Origin: Candidatus Moraniibacteriota bacterium
GTDB lineage: Bacteria; Patescibacteriota; Minisyncoccia; Moranbacterales; UBA1568
Length of the DNA stretch: 64,000 nucleotides
Assembly (NCBI GenBank): GCA_013334245.1
Contig: JAAXXZ010000003.1
Span: forward strand, 2-64,001
Direction of reading: 5' to 3'
Program-made: the position numbers and the translations under genes
Part shown: positions 17,553 through 26,875 of the stretch, piece by piece
How positions within the stretch are numbered: the first letter of the stretch is position 1
How the letters are laid out: the number at the start of each line of letters is the position of its first letter
Notes under the pieces: generated by a model
What the model was told of the DNA's origin: nothing
Databases searched by the model: none
What the model saw: only the letters and a program-made list of their open reading frames with translations

Positions 17553-18092
17553 ATGAAACAAACTATCACCATCATCGGTACGCTTCATGCGGGGTTCACA
17601 CCGGAGGCGGAACTTCGTGCGATCATCGAGCGATATCATCCGGATTTGGTACTGGTGGAGATGGCGCAGGAAGACATGGAAAGTGGAAATATCGCCGGCT
17701 ATCCTCCGGAGATGGTCTTCGCATGCCGTTGGGCGGTCGAAAACGGTGTTTCCGTGAAGGGATTCGATTCGAAAATAGACACGTTCCGTGGTGGATTCTC
17801 GAAGGAGAGGAACGACGAGATAGTGCGAAAGCAGGGCGAGATAATCGCGAAGCATGACTGGAAGGATTTCAATCGTCCGGAGATCGATAGGTTGCTCGAT
17901 ATCCCGGAGCTTTCCAATTCGATCGACCCCGAACTGGAGGCGGAGCGTGAGGCGTTGATGCTCAAAAAAATCAGGGATTCGATCGGAGACGCCTCCGCCG
18001 TGCTTGTTCTTACGGGATGCGGACATCTGGATTTCTTGGAAAAAGCTATGCCGGATGCGGTACTGCCGCTTCGCTGCGGCACGAAGGAATAA
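17553..18092 (+). CDS. mini TraB/GumN/Tiki-family protein
   Basis: 179 aa with IIGTLHAG (motif 1), DLVLVEM and VLVLTGCGHLDFL (motif 2). Confidence 0.5.
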   Translation: MKQTITIIGTLHAGFTPEAELRAIIERYHPDLVLVEMAQEDMESGNIAGYPPEMVFACRWAVENGVSVKGFDSKIDTFRGGFSKERNDEIVRKQGEIIAKHDWKDFNRPEIDRLLDIPELSNSIDPELEAEREALMLKKIRDSIGDASAVLVLTGCGHLDFLEKAMPDAVLPLRCGTKE

Positions 18093-18122
18093 CCGATTGC
18101 TTATAAAGTATGAGACAGAAAA

Positions 18123-18803
18123 ATGGCTGCTGTTAAGAATATACATCAGTGCCTAGAAATTGATGCTAAACCATATATGACCCAGGAACTTCCGACAATT
18201 GCCGATGAGATCAGGGCGGGGAAATGGTCGGGTTTGATTCCCGAAGTGTATGCGCTGAAGGAGGTCGTCGAGAACAGCCGCCGTTGGCATAAGAACGATT
18301 CGGTATTCGACCACACCCTGCGGGCGATGGACGGTCTGGACGATGTCTTGGAGAAGGCCGGAGAAACGGTACATACATACCTCGGTCAGGTGGTCGGTCG
18401 TTATTCCCGAAAAGACCTGCTGTATCTGGCATTGCTGTTCCACGATCTGGGCAAGAAGGATACGCTTTGTGTCGTGGACGGCTTCACGAATGCCCCCGAT
18501 CATGAATCGGTGGGTGCAAAACAGGCGGTGCCGATCCTCGCCCGGCTGGGTCTTACGGAAGATGAACGCGACCATGTGGTCGCGCTCATCCAAAATCACG
18601 GAGCGACGTTCTCCATCGTAGACCCTGGGAACGACCGGTTGGAGGAGCAAATTGCGGAAATCAGGGAGCAATACGGGGATGTGTTCGTGGAAATCATCCT
18701 GTTGTCGATGGCGGATGCGCTCGGTTCGCAGATCGGTGAAACGGATCCCGCGGAATTCGCTTTCCGAATGCGTACGTACGAAGGTATTCTTGGTCGGATC
18801 TGA
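18123..18803 (+). CDS. HD-domain phosphohydrolase
   Basis: 226 aa with H...LALLFHDLGK...D, the HD motif. Resembles HD domains attached to nucleotidyltransferases. Confidence 0.7.
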   Translation: MAAVKNIHQCLEIDAKPYMTQELPTIADEIRAGKWSGLIPEVYALKEVVENSRRWHKNDSVFDHTLRAMDGLDDVLEKAGETVHTYLGQVVGRYSRKDLLYLALLFHDLGKKDTLCVVDGFTNAPDHESVGAKQAVPILARLGLTEDERDHVVALIQNHGATFSIVDPGNDRLEEQIAEIREQYGDVFVEIILLSMADALGSQIGETDPAEFAFRMRTYEGILGRI

Positions 18804-18964
18804 TAGAGAGACATTTCTTGATAGGATCGGACTGGTTATCGAAAATGTCATCGACGCGTGTCGCGAAGGCGTGTGTGCCTAGAACACCGAAATAAAAATT
18901 CATTAGACATGTCCTTTTTGAGCCAAAAATGATACTATCGTGTTACGAAAAATGGGGTCGCAAT

Positions 18965-19318
18965 ATGCGTATCTGGGACGTAGAGCCGAAATATCTGTGC
19001 CGGAAGCATCTCCTGGCCGAACATAGGGAGTTGCACGGACTTTGGAATATCCTGACCGTTCATGGCGGAACGGGCGGGTATTCGCGACACCCTGAGACAC
19101 TTCGATGGGTCGGAAAAACGAAAGCGCTGTATGCCCGACACGAGGAGCTGGTTCGTGAGTTCGCTCGGCGGGGCTACGATCACCGGACGCCGCTTGATGA
19201 GCGCCTGGCTTTCGGTTCCGAAATGCAGGACGTCTTTCGGGACACTCCCGAGGAACAGATACGGATGCTGAAAGAAAAGCAGTGCGATTGTCGAGCGCGT
19301 GGAAGCGACGTATGTTAG
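18965..19318 (+). CDS. pyrimidine-dimer DNA glycosylase (T4 endonuclease V / DenV-like)
   Basis: Starts MRIWDVEPKYLCRKHLLAEHRELHGLW, which aligns to T4 endoV [28 protein letters not shown] with the catalytic N-terminus and Glu. ATG at 18965 chosen over the track start at 18929. Confidence 0.7.
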   Translation: MRIWDVEPKYLCRKHLLAEHRELHGLWNILTVHGGTGGYSRHPETLRWVGKTKALYARHEELVREFARRGYDHRTPLDERLAFGSEMQDVFRDTPEEQIRMLKEKQCDCRARGSDVC

Positions 19319-19632
19319 GTATGTTTGTTCACGACGTGACGGGGTACGAGGACGGTGCTGTCCCAGAACCGTTCGTCACATATACGCAGCTGGAGGCCGG
19401 TTCGTATCCGGCCGGAAAAAGATGGGTCAGGTCGCAAAGCGATTTCCGTTCACATTTTCGAAAGGTTTAATAGCGTTCCATCGGCGTTTGGAGTGGACAT
19501 TATGCCCTATTTATGGGCTATTTTCGTTTTGACTTCGAAGCGGAAATCGGCTATAAGGAAGATGACGAACAGCGGACAGGATACGGATGTCGTCCGCACG
19601 CTTTCAGAAACTTAACAACAATGGAGTGAACC

Positions 19633-20139
19633 ATGATTAAAAAGATGGTTGCAGTGTGCTTTGCGATATCCGTCGTTCTTTTCGGAAATATCGCAGTAAA
19701 TGCCGAGAACAACAACGAAGCGTATCTCGGGAATATGGCCTACCGGCCCATCGAGTGGAATACGCGATCACAGCTGGGCCGGAAGTACTGCCAGCTGCGA
19801 GGCGGGGAGTATGCAAGCGATGCGGGCATATACGCCGAGACCCTGAAGATGACGGGCCACGTCGTGGGGGACCTGAACGGGGACGGAATTCCCGATGCCA
19901 TCGTCGTACTGGTGCATTCTTTCGGAGGATCGGGGTCTGTCTTGCAGATGGCGGCGGTGATAGGGTATCCCGGCAGGAGACTCGAACACGTGGCATCGAT
20001 TAACCTTGGCAAGGGGGTCCACGTGATCTATGTCGACATCGGACGTGGAGGGAAAATCGAAGTGAAATTGACGACGGACGACAATCTGATTTCGTGTCGT
20101 ACGTATCACTTCAGAGGAAACCGGATCACCAAAGGTTGA
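19633..20139 (+). CDS. secreted hypothetical protein (signal peptide)
   Basis: 168 aa. N-terminal MIKKMVAVCFAISVVLFGNIAVNA signal peptide. DLNGDGIPD is a calcium-binding-like loop. Confidence 0.5.
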   Translation: MIKKMVAVCFAISVVLFGNIAVNAENNNEAYLGNMAYRPIEWNTRSQLGRKYCQLRGGEYASDAGIYAETLKMTGHVVGDLNGDGIPDAIVVLVHSFGGSGSVLQMAAVIGYPGRRLEHVASINLGKGVHVIYVDIGRGGKIEVKLTTDDNLISCRTYHFRGNRITKG

Positions 20140-20325
20140 TCCGGGTATAGGGGGAGCTGTCTACCAGACGCTCCCTCTATATATTTTCCAACATGGCAGC
20201 ACGGGCTTGCCGTTCGGATCGCATGTGAACAGGATAACGAAAGTCGTGTCTGACAGACTTTTTTAGTGCGGATATTTGATATACTGGAAACAAGAAACGA
20301 AGCCTGATTTTTTTGAAGGAGACCT

Positions 20326-21342
20326 ATGAGCATGGAATCGCCGGATAATCATCAGAATGTTCCGGCTAGGACCCCCGAATCGGAGCGGGCGCTGGAGCTG
20401 CTTCGCGTTTGGCGGGAACGGACGCCGGTAATCCTGAAGTCGTCCTCGCCGATACGCAAGAACGGACTGATCGAAAAGGCCGGCTTCAATCCGGACAATA
20501 TACGGGTGATGGTTTCTCCCGATTTGGTCGAGGAGAACGTGTTTGAAACGACGTCCGCCGATTCACGACTCGCGGAAGCATGTGCGGTCGCCAAAGGCGC
20601 GTCGCCGGAAACCATCCCTCCTGAAGCGATCGTCTTCGCGTTCGATACGTTGGTCGTCTGGTATCCCGAGTGTACGGACCCGGCGCATCCGGAGAACGTC
20701 GAATCGTGGCCCGGAGCAAGTATCCGGAAACCGAAGAATATTACAGAGGCGAAAGAGACGACGAAACGACTTTTTCTAGGTGTGCTTGCGAACCACGCGA
20801 ATTTCCGAGTGCACGCGAAGATGTCGGGAGTGCCGGAAGGGGACAATGCAGACAAGCGTGAAGAAAATTCGAAAAAGGATTTCGCGTCCGGCATACACGC
20901 GGTTACGAGCCTCGATGTCCGCTTTCCGAATTCCGAATCCTCGGAAAATTATCGCGACAGGATTATCGCGCGACCGCAACGACTTTATGGACTGATCGAG
21001 GGGATGGATATCGATACCGATCGCATTACGACCGAAACCGTGACGTCGTGGAAATGCGGCGACGGTGGTTCTGTCGATGAGGCGCTTGATGAAATCATCG
21101 AAAAAATGTTCAAACGCATGAAGGACGTCGGCATAGATCCGTTGAAGATCTGCGGGGGAGTGGCGTACAGTGATGACGGAGTTCGGGAACTGCTCGGCAT
21201 CACCGAGATCGCGGACGTGTGTCCAGACGGTCTGAAGTCGGATATTCCGGATCGAAGCATCTATTCCGGTTATCCCGAAACGCTGGTCAATAACGTTTTG
21301 AATCGCAGGGCGTTCGAAATCGCGACGGGCAAGAAGAGCTGA
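20326..21342 (+). CDS. Maf-like nucleoside-triphosphate pyrophosphatase, unusually long with insertions
   Basis: 338 aa. VILKSSSPIRKNGLIEKAGF corresponds to Maf LILAS-SPRR..LL..G.F, and IVFAFDTLVV to Maf GADTVV. The C-terminal GIDPLKICGGVAYSDDG resembles Maf GEPLDKAGAYGIQG. About 120 extra residues relative to a typical Maf. Confidence 0.5.
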   Translation: MSMESPDNHQNVPARTPESERALELLRVWRERTPVILKSSSPIRKNGLIEKAGFNPDNIRVMVSPDLVEENVFETTSADSRLAEACAVAKGASPETIPPEAIVFAFDTLVVWYPECTDPAHPENVESWPGASIRKPKNITEAKETTKRLFLGVLANHANFRVHAKMSGVPEGDNADKREENSKKDFASGIHAVTSLDVRFPNSESSENYRDRIIARPQRLYGLIEGMDIDTDRITTETVTSWKCGDGGSVDEALDEIIEKMFKRMKDVGIDPLKICGGVAYSDDGVRELLGITEIADVCPDGLKSDIPDRSIYSGYPETLVNNVLNRRAFEIATGKKS

Positions 21343-21377
21343 CGTCTCAATGCCATTTCAGGCGGATCCGGGGCAAT

Positions 21378-21512
21378 CGGTCTTTGCGAGACATACATAT
21401 GTTCATAGGTGTGTCGTGGCAATCCATTCGTATCCATTAGGAATCGGATACGGGGGCATATTTCTGGACCGCCACGCCCCGCGCTTTGCAAAGAGCGGGA
21501 CTCGCGGAGACA
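21378..21512 (+). repeat. repeat family 3, copy 2
   Basis: ggtctttgcgagac...gtcgtggcaatccattcg...ctggaccgccacgccccgcgctttgcaaagagcgggactcgcggagac. Confidence 0.6.
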
Positions 21513-21587
21513 GAGTAGTGTTGCGATGATACGCATGTTCGGATGAATTAGAGCCTATCTCAAAAATACGACAAGCACGGTTTTGTT

Positions 21588-21696
21588 ATCCCGGTCTCCT
21601 GACCAGCGTATACTGGTTGACCCGGGATCTAGGAAATATGCCGTTTTGGATTCCGGCACTTGTTCCGCGAATGCCGGGCGGAGGCTGGAATGACAG
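21588..21696 (+). repeat. repeat family 2, copy 2 (with a 23-bp internal insertion)
   Basis: tatcccggtctcctgaccagcgtatactggttgacccgggatct...gaatgccgggcggaggctggaatgacaggg. Confidence 0.6.
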
Positions 21697-21784
21697 GGAA
21701 AAGAATCTTGAGAAATGCTCAAGTAATATGTGAAGAACGAACAAACCCGGAGCTTCATGAAGAAGATCCGGGTTGTTTTGTCGA

Positions 21785-22234
21785 TCAATGATGCTTCATT
21801 GTTTCGACGGTGCTGTAAACCAGTGGGCCGGCCAGTACTTTGTCGTTGTACGTTGACCGTTCGATGATACTTTCTGCCAAGCGACCTGCGCTGCGGTTTG
21901 AACATACATATGACGCCCGCATGTCTGGTCCTACGAAAATAACGTAGTAGCCAATCCTTTTGCCGGCGTTACCCGTCTTGAGCTGGCAATATATTTTTTC
22001 GTATTCTAATGGCGCGAGCTTGCGATCGGATAAAATAATCGCGAATCCGTAGCTTGTAGACCTCTTATTCATTTTTTCAAGGACGAGGTCGTTCCTCATC
22101 ACCTGAAACGACGACATTTCGTTATACAGCCGCGCTTTCGGGTCTGCATGGAAGTACTCGGTCGCCGCTGCTGTGAGCGAAAATGATACGGAAATGAAGA
22201 GCGCAAGAAGCGCGGCAAGAAAAGTTCTTTTCAT
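21785..22234 (-). CDS. secreted hypothetical protein
   Basis: ATG at 22234 preceded by GAGG. The signal peptide is MKRTFLAALLALFISVSFSLTAAA. No recognised domain. Confidence 0.5.
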   Translation of the reverse strand: MKRTFLAALLALFISVSFSLTAAATEYFHADPKARLYNEMSSFQVMRNDLVLEKMNKRSTSYGFAIILSDRKLAPLEYEKIYCQLKTGNAGKRIGYYVIFVGPDMRASYVCSNRSAGRLAESIIERSTYNDKVLAGPLVYSTVETMKHH

Positions 22235-22458
22235 GATATGCCTCATGGATGGCGGGCAGATGCCCTGGTTTGAATTGTTAATTAAATACAAATGCTATTA
22301 TAGCACTATTAACGACTGATGTCAATCATCGTCGGAATATGGCTGAGAAAAGGCGCAAATCGATATCGAGATTTTGTGGCATAGATTTTTTGCAGAACCG
22401 TATTTTGGCAGGTATCAAGGGGGAGTATACTTGTAATGAAGTACTTCGAAGTAAAAGT

Positions 22459-22932
22459 ATGACGCAAAACGATCTGATATCGCTTGTTCAGGAAATCGTA
22501 AAAGACGCCGTACGGCTGAAGGACGCGTACACCGATCTGCGGGACGTGACGGTCGGGTACGCGTGTGTTTTCGCGCACGGAGATGCGGAGTATGCCGAGT
22601 TGAGGAAAGCCGCCGAGTCGATGGGTCAGGAAATCAAGTCGACGCCGACTGGATCCGTATTTTTGGTACAGCCGATGCCGACCGTGGCAGGATCGCTTCG
22701 GGTCCTGAAAATCCGGATTCCGGACGAGACCCGTACCGAACGTGGCGATGCCGACTTCAATGTTCCGGATTATCAGAAGTTCAGAATAGCTGTCATGGGT
22801 ACGCCCGGATTCACGATTATCCCGCGGGCCGATTGCGAGATGATCGAACTTATGGAATCTGGCGCCGACGTCCGCGTCTATTTTTCCGATCCGCCGGTCG
22901 AGAAACAGCTTGGTTTGGCCACGTTGGAATGA
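22459..22932 (+). CDS. hypothetical protein
   Basis: The plus-strand frame (MTQNDLISLVQEIVKDAVRLKD...YACVFAHGDAEYAELRKAAESMG) is more protein-like than the overlapping Arg/His-rich minus-strand ORF 22309-22956. Confidence 0.35.
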   Translation: MTQNDLISLVQEIVKDAVRLKDAYTDLRDVTVGYACVFAHGDAEYAELRKAAESMGQEIKSTPTGSVFLVQPMPTVAGSLRVLKIRIPDETRTERGDADFNVPDYQKFRIAVMGTPGFTIIPRADCEMIELMESGADVRVYFSDPPVEKQLGLATLE

Positions 22933-23015
22933 ATCAGAATTGGAGACACTCTTCACATGAAAAGGCGAAAAGCGTACACTTTGATTGACATCCGTAATGT
23001 TTCAAATGCTTTCGT

Positions 23016-23915
23016 ATGAAATTCCTTCAGACGGTGCGTGGCAGCGTCTATAACCCGGCCTTTTACAGGCTGGTGCTTTCGGGTGCCGGACCGTCCGCGA
23101 TGCGATACTTTTCGAGTGTCGTAGCGCTCGTAGCCATCGTGGTGACGATCATGTCGGCGGCGTCGTTCTTTCCGTGGCTGTCGTCGACAGGCGGTATCGA
23201 GAAGCTCCGCACGACCGTGCTTTCGGCGTACCCCGACGAGCTTGCGCTCCAGTATCGGGACGGACATGTGACGTCCAATGTCGAAGAGCCGTATTTCATT
23301 CCGATGCCGGCCGCGTCTGGAGCGTCCTCGTCCGACGATCGGACACCGCAGAATCTTCTGGTCATCGATACGACCCATACGGTGGTTCCGCAGGATCTCG
23401 ATCGGTATCATGCGGCGGCGATACTTGCCAGGGACGCCATATGGACGAAGGATTCGAAAGGAATCCAGGTGCATACGTTCGAGGATTGGAAGAGGGATCC
23501 GTTTACGCTCGATGCGGCGGCGGTGACCGGTTTTGTCGATCGGATCGCGGAGATGCTGATGCCGATGATCATCATAGGATTCGCATTGCTTCCGTTGGTG
23601 CTGTTCGTGGCGTTTTCCATCGGGTATCTCGCATACATGCTCTTCGGCACACTGGTTATCATGATCGTCGGCAAGGTGCGGAAGATCGATCTGTCGTACT
23701 CCGTCTCGTATCGGCTGGGATTGTTCCTCATCACGCTTCCGGTAGCATACGGCCTGCTTCGGTCGGCATTTCCGATTCTCAATGTCCCGTTCCTGTTCAC
23801 GATCATCCTGGCGATCGCCGCCTACGCGAATATGGGGCCCGCCGAAGCCAGACCCGTCACCGATGAGAAGATGGACCTGTGGGGAACGGAGCCGGAGAAG
23901 ACCCCATCGGTATGA
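23016..23915 (+). CDS. polytopic membrane protein, DUF1189-like (tentative)
   Basis: 299 aa. N-terminal MKFLQTVRGSVYNPAFYRLV followed by TM helices matches the DUF1189 pattern from memory. Confidence 0.5.
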   Translation: MKFLQTVRGSVYNPAFYRLVLSGAGPSAMRYFSSVVALVAIVVTIMSAASFFPWLSSTGGIEKLRTTVLSAYPDELALQYRDGHVTSNVEEPYFIPMPAASGASSSDDRTPQNLLVIDTTHTVVPQDLDRYHAAAILARDAIWTKDSKGIQVHTFEDWKRDPFTLDAAAVTGFVDRIAEMLMPMIIIGFALLPLVLFVAFSIGYLAYMLFGTLVIMIVGKVRKIDLSYSVSYRLGLFLITLPVAYGLLRSAFPILNVPFLFTIILAIAAYANMGPAEARPVTDEKMDLWGTEPEKTPSV

Positions 23916-24115
23916 AAAGGGATATCCGGGTCGAAGTTCGGCGGTGTTCCGAAGGCCTCCGACCGTAGGCCTGTTTCAAGTGTCCGTCAGGAAGCGCTTG
24001 TGAGGCGTTGTTCGCGGATACGACATGCTGCCGTCGCATATCTGCGTTCGGTTGTTGCATGATATAATCCTGCCAGGCCGCTTTGGCTATCCATACGTAT
24101 TCGTTTTCATTTCCT

Positions 24116-25228
24116 ATGAAGAAGATCATCCTGATGGTGGTCGGATGGCTGTTCGTGGTCAACCTGTTCGGGTATGCCGCGCTGAACCGGTTCAATCTGA
24201 CCCCGGATACGTCGTACAAGTGGATCTTGCCGGAAAATTTTCGGGTACCGACGTCGTCCGATCTCGTGGACATGCATAACCGATGGGATTCGTATTGGTA
24301 TCTCGATATCGTTCACAACGGGTATTACCTGAAGACGGATAACACCTTGGCGAACGTCGTTTTCTTTCCGATGTACCCCGCGCTCATTCTCGTCGTCGGC
24401 ACCGTCCTTTTCGGGAACTACGTCCTTGCCGGATGGCTGTTGAGCATGGCTTTTCTTGTCGCGTCGTGTGTCTATCTGTACCGGTACGTGAAGGAGTTCC
24501 ATCCGGATATCGATCCGGAACTGCCGATCGTGCTGATGCTCGTTTTCCCGACGGCGTTCTTCTTCAACGTGATCTATACCGAGTCGATCTTCCTGTTCAT
24601 GACGATCACGGCCTTCTATTACGCATTCAGAAAGGAGTATCGGCTTGCGGGACTGTTCGCGTTCCTCGGGGCGCTGACGCACAGCAACGGTGTGTTTCTG
24701 GCATTGCCGATCCTGTGGAAGATCGTCGAGGAAAACGGATGGAAGAATATGCTGGCTCCGAAGACGTGGTGGAAACTGTACCCGGTCGTTTTCGCGCCGA
24801 TCGGCAGCTTCCTGTTCCTCGGGTATGACTATTGGAAGTTCGGCGACCCGCTTCTGTTCTTCAAGATCCAAAGCAATTGGGGCCGCTCGTTTTCGATCAA
24901 CTGGGAACACTTCTCGACGTTTTCACATCCGTCGATCACGAACATGTGTATCGATATCTTCCTCGCCGTATTCATCATCTCGGCCGTCGTCGCGGTATGG
25001 CGGAAGCTTTCACCCCTCTACGCGATTTTCATGTCGACCACGCTTATCGCTGCATTCACGTCGGGGACGCTTATGAGCGTAGGGCGATACAGTCTCGTGA
25101 TGTTCCCGCTGTTCATCCTGCTTGCGGGCGTGAAAGACCGATACGCGAGAATGGGATGGATCCTCGCATCGACGCTGTTCCTCGCCCTGGATATCATCCT
25201 GTTCGTCAACAATTATTGGGCGGGATAG
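24116..25228 (+). CDS. GT-C family glycosyltransferase, PIG-V / mannosyltransferase-like
   Basis: About 370 aa, about 10 TM segments, with RWDSYWYLDIVHNGYYL...VVFFPMYP matching the PIG-V/GT-C WDS..Y..IA..GY...FFPLYP signature. Confidence 0.6.
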   Translation: MKKIILMVVGWLFVVNLFGYAALNRFNLTPDTSYKWILPENFRVPTSSDLVDMHNRWDSYWYLDIVHNGYYLKTDNTLANVVFFPMYPALILVVGTVLFGNYVLAGWLLSMAFLVASCVYLYRYVKEFHPDIDPELPIVLMLVFPTAFFFNVIYTESIFLFMTITAFYYAFRKEYRLAGLFAFLGALTHSNGVFLALPILWKIVEENGWKNMLAPKTWWKLYPVVFAPIGSFLFLGYDYWKFGDPLLFFKIQSNWGRSFSINWEHFSTFSHPSITNMCIDIFLAVFIISAVVAVWRKLSPLYAIFMSTTLIAAFTSGTLMSVGRYSLVMFPLFILLAGVKDRYARMGWILASTLFLALDIILFVNNYWAG

Positions 25229-25290
25229 CTGCAGGGGATGATTTTTCGCGGCTTAACCGGACATTTGACGAAAAGTGTGCAGAAAGTTCA

Positions 25291-25330
25291 AAAGCGGTCA
25301 GATGTTGTGTCTGTCCGCTTTTGATTTTGC
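25291..25330. terminator. bidirectional intrinsic terminator
   Basis: Stem aagcggtcaga/tctgtccgctt with loop tgttgtg, flanked by tttgattttg on the plus side and T-rich on the minus side. Confidence 0.6.
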
Positions 25331-25347
25331 TCGATAGGAGCCGCAGG

Positions 25348-25722
25348 TTACATGCCGTAACACCCGAATGACGGGATCTCGATCCCGAGAAGCACGAAGA
25401 CGAATTCGAATGCTTCTGCGGCCGCATCGCCGATCGTGTCGGCGAGGATGTCCGGAATCCATTCCAGACATGCGTCGAGGGCGGACTCCATCGTCTCGAC
25501 GACCTTTTCAAGAACATTTCCGGCTGCACTGATGACCGCTGTTTCAGCGATCTGGATGCCGTGGCCGACGAGGCTGAGCGTATCAGCCACGCCTTCGACG
25601 ATACCCATGCCGAATTCGATTGGTGCGAACAGGATGTTTTTGAGATGCGTTATTACTGTGCCAAGCCAGTTGGTAGGCTCGGAAATGGTTTGCGGGCAAG
25701 CCGCGTCTGCAGGTGTGCTCAT
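25348..25722 (-). CDS. hypothetical protein
   Basis: ATG at 25722 preceded by AGGAAC (aggaacatagcaATG). Protein MSTPADAACPQTISEPTNW..., amphipathic with no recognised domain. Confidence 0.45.
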   Translation of the reverse strand: MSTPADAACPQTISEPTNWLGTVITHLKNILFAPIEFGMGIVEGVADTLSLVGHGIQIAETAVISAAGNVLEKVVETMESALDACLEWIPDILADTIGDAAAEAFEFVFVLLGIEIPSFGCYGM

Positions 25723-25785
25723 TGCTATGTTCCTGGATAATATTGTGAAAGGCTTTCGCTGAACTAAAGCCACGGTCTGTCAAGA

Positions 25786-25816
25786 TTTCTCAGAAGGATA
25801 TTGCACAGCAATCCTT
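25786..25816 (+). promoter_or_regulatory. near-perfect inverted repeat (operator-like) upstream of the DUF3467 / peptidase S51 / CYTH / methyltransferase gene cluster
   Basis: CAGAAGGATATTGC-aca-GCAATCCTTTCTG, arms of 13-14 bp. Confidence 0.4.
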
Positions 25817-25887
25817 TCTGAAAGAGTATCCGATTTAGTTGCGTTTCGTGATAGTATGTACGGGGTGAAATCGATAGGACACGAAAT

Positions 25888-26184
25888 ATGACCATGAACC
25901 AACCCTCGCCGCAGCAGATCCAGATCAAAGCAAGCGACGAAAGGCTGAAGGGGGAATATGCGAACACGATGCAGGTCATGCATACGAAAGAGGAGTTTGT
26001 GATCGACTTCCTGAACGTCTTTCCTCCCTCGGGCACGTTGAATGCCAGAATCATCGTGAGTCCGGGACATTTCAAGCGCATTCTTCTTGCCATGCAGGAG
26101 AACCTGAAAAAGTACGAGTCCGGTTTCGGCGAGGTTTCGCCGTCTGATGCTCCGAAGACTCGGATCGGTTTCGGTGAGGAATAA
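25888..26184 (+). CDS. DUF3467-family small protein
   Basis: 98 aa. YANTMQVMHTKEEFVIDFLNVFP...RIIVSPGHFKRILLAMQENLKKYESGFGE matches the DUF3467 pattern (Y.N...i.ht.eEfviDF......a.v.sRiimsP.hakrll.al.eni.kyE..fGei). Confidence 0.6.
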   Translation: MTMNQPSPQQIQIKASDERLKGEYANTMQVMHTKEEFVIDFLNVFPPSGTLNARIIVSPGHFKRILLAMQENLKKYESGFGEVSPSDAPKTRIGFGEE

Positions 26185-26205
26185 GGACGAAAGACAAACG
26201 GTACT

Positions 26206-26865
26206 ATGAAACTGTTGCTCACATCCGGTGGAATCACGAACGAGTCGATCGAACAGGCTTTGCTCGGATTGGTCGGAAAGCCGGCCGATGAGACGTCACT
26301 CGTGTTCGTTCCCACCGCCTCGAACGTCGAACCCGGGGATAAGAGTTGGCTCATCGACGATCTGGTGAGGCTGAAGAGGATCGGCTTCAAGATCATCGAC
26401 ATCGCCGACATATCGGCAATCGACAAGGATGTGTGGCTTCCGAGGGTGGAAGCGGCGGATATCCTGTATTTCGAAGGAGGTGATACGTACCATCTCCTGA
26501 AGTGGGTGCGTCAATCCGGCCTGGGCGCCGAACTGTCGGGGCTGCTCACGAACAAGGTATATGTCGGAGTCAGTGCGGGAAGCATGATAACGAACACGTC
26601 GTTGAATCTTCGGGTAAGCCACGAGATTTACGCGGAAGGGTTCGATCAGACTGCGGACATACCCGCACTCGGATTTGTAGACCTGCAGTTCCTTCCGCAT
26701 TTGAACGCATCTTTCTTTCCGACCGCGACGGAAGAACAAATACGCGAGGTGGTAAGCGGGGTGGCAGGGGTGACGTACGCAGTGGATGATGCGTGCGCCC
26801 TGCGAATCGTCGACGGGGACGTTTCCGTCGTCGGTGAAGGGAAGTGGTTAACGATAAACGGTTGA
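26206..26865 (+). CDS. peptidase S51 family (dipeptidase E / cyanophycinase-like)
   Basis: 219 aa with MKLLLTSGG...YFEGGDTYHLL...VYVGVSAGS, containing the S51 catalytic Ser context. Confidence 0.75.
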   Translation: MKLLLTSGGITNESIEQALLGLVGKPADETSLVFVPTASNVEPGDKSWLIDDLVRLKRIGFKIIDIADISAIDKDVWLPRVEAADILYFEGGDTYHLLKWVRQSGLGAELSGLLTNKVYVGVSAGSMITNTSLNLRVSHEIYAEGFDQTADIPALGFVDLQFLPHLNASFFPTATEEQIREVVSGVAGVTYAVDDACALRIVDGDVSVVGEGKWLTING

Positions 26866-26875
26866 TCGCACCGAT

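Noticed and set aside
22309-22956. 215-aa minus-strand ORF
   Set aside because: Arg/His-rich, antisense to a more protein-like plus-strand frame. Judged a shadow, though neither frame has homology support.
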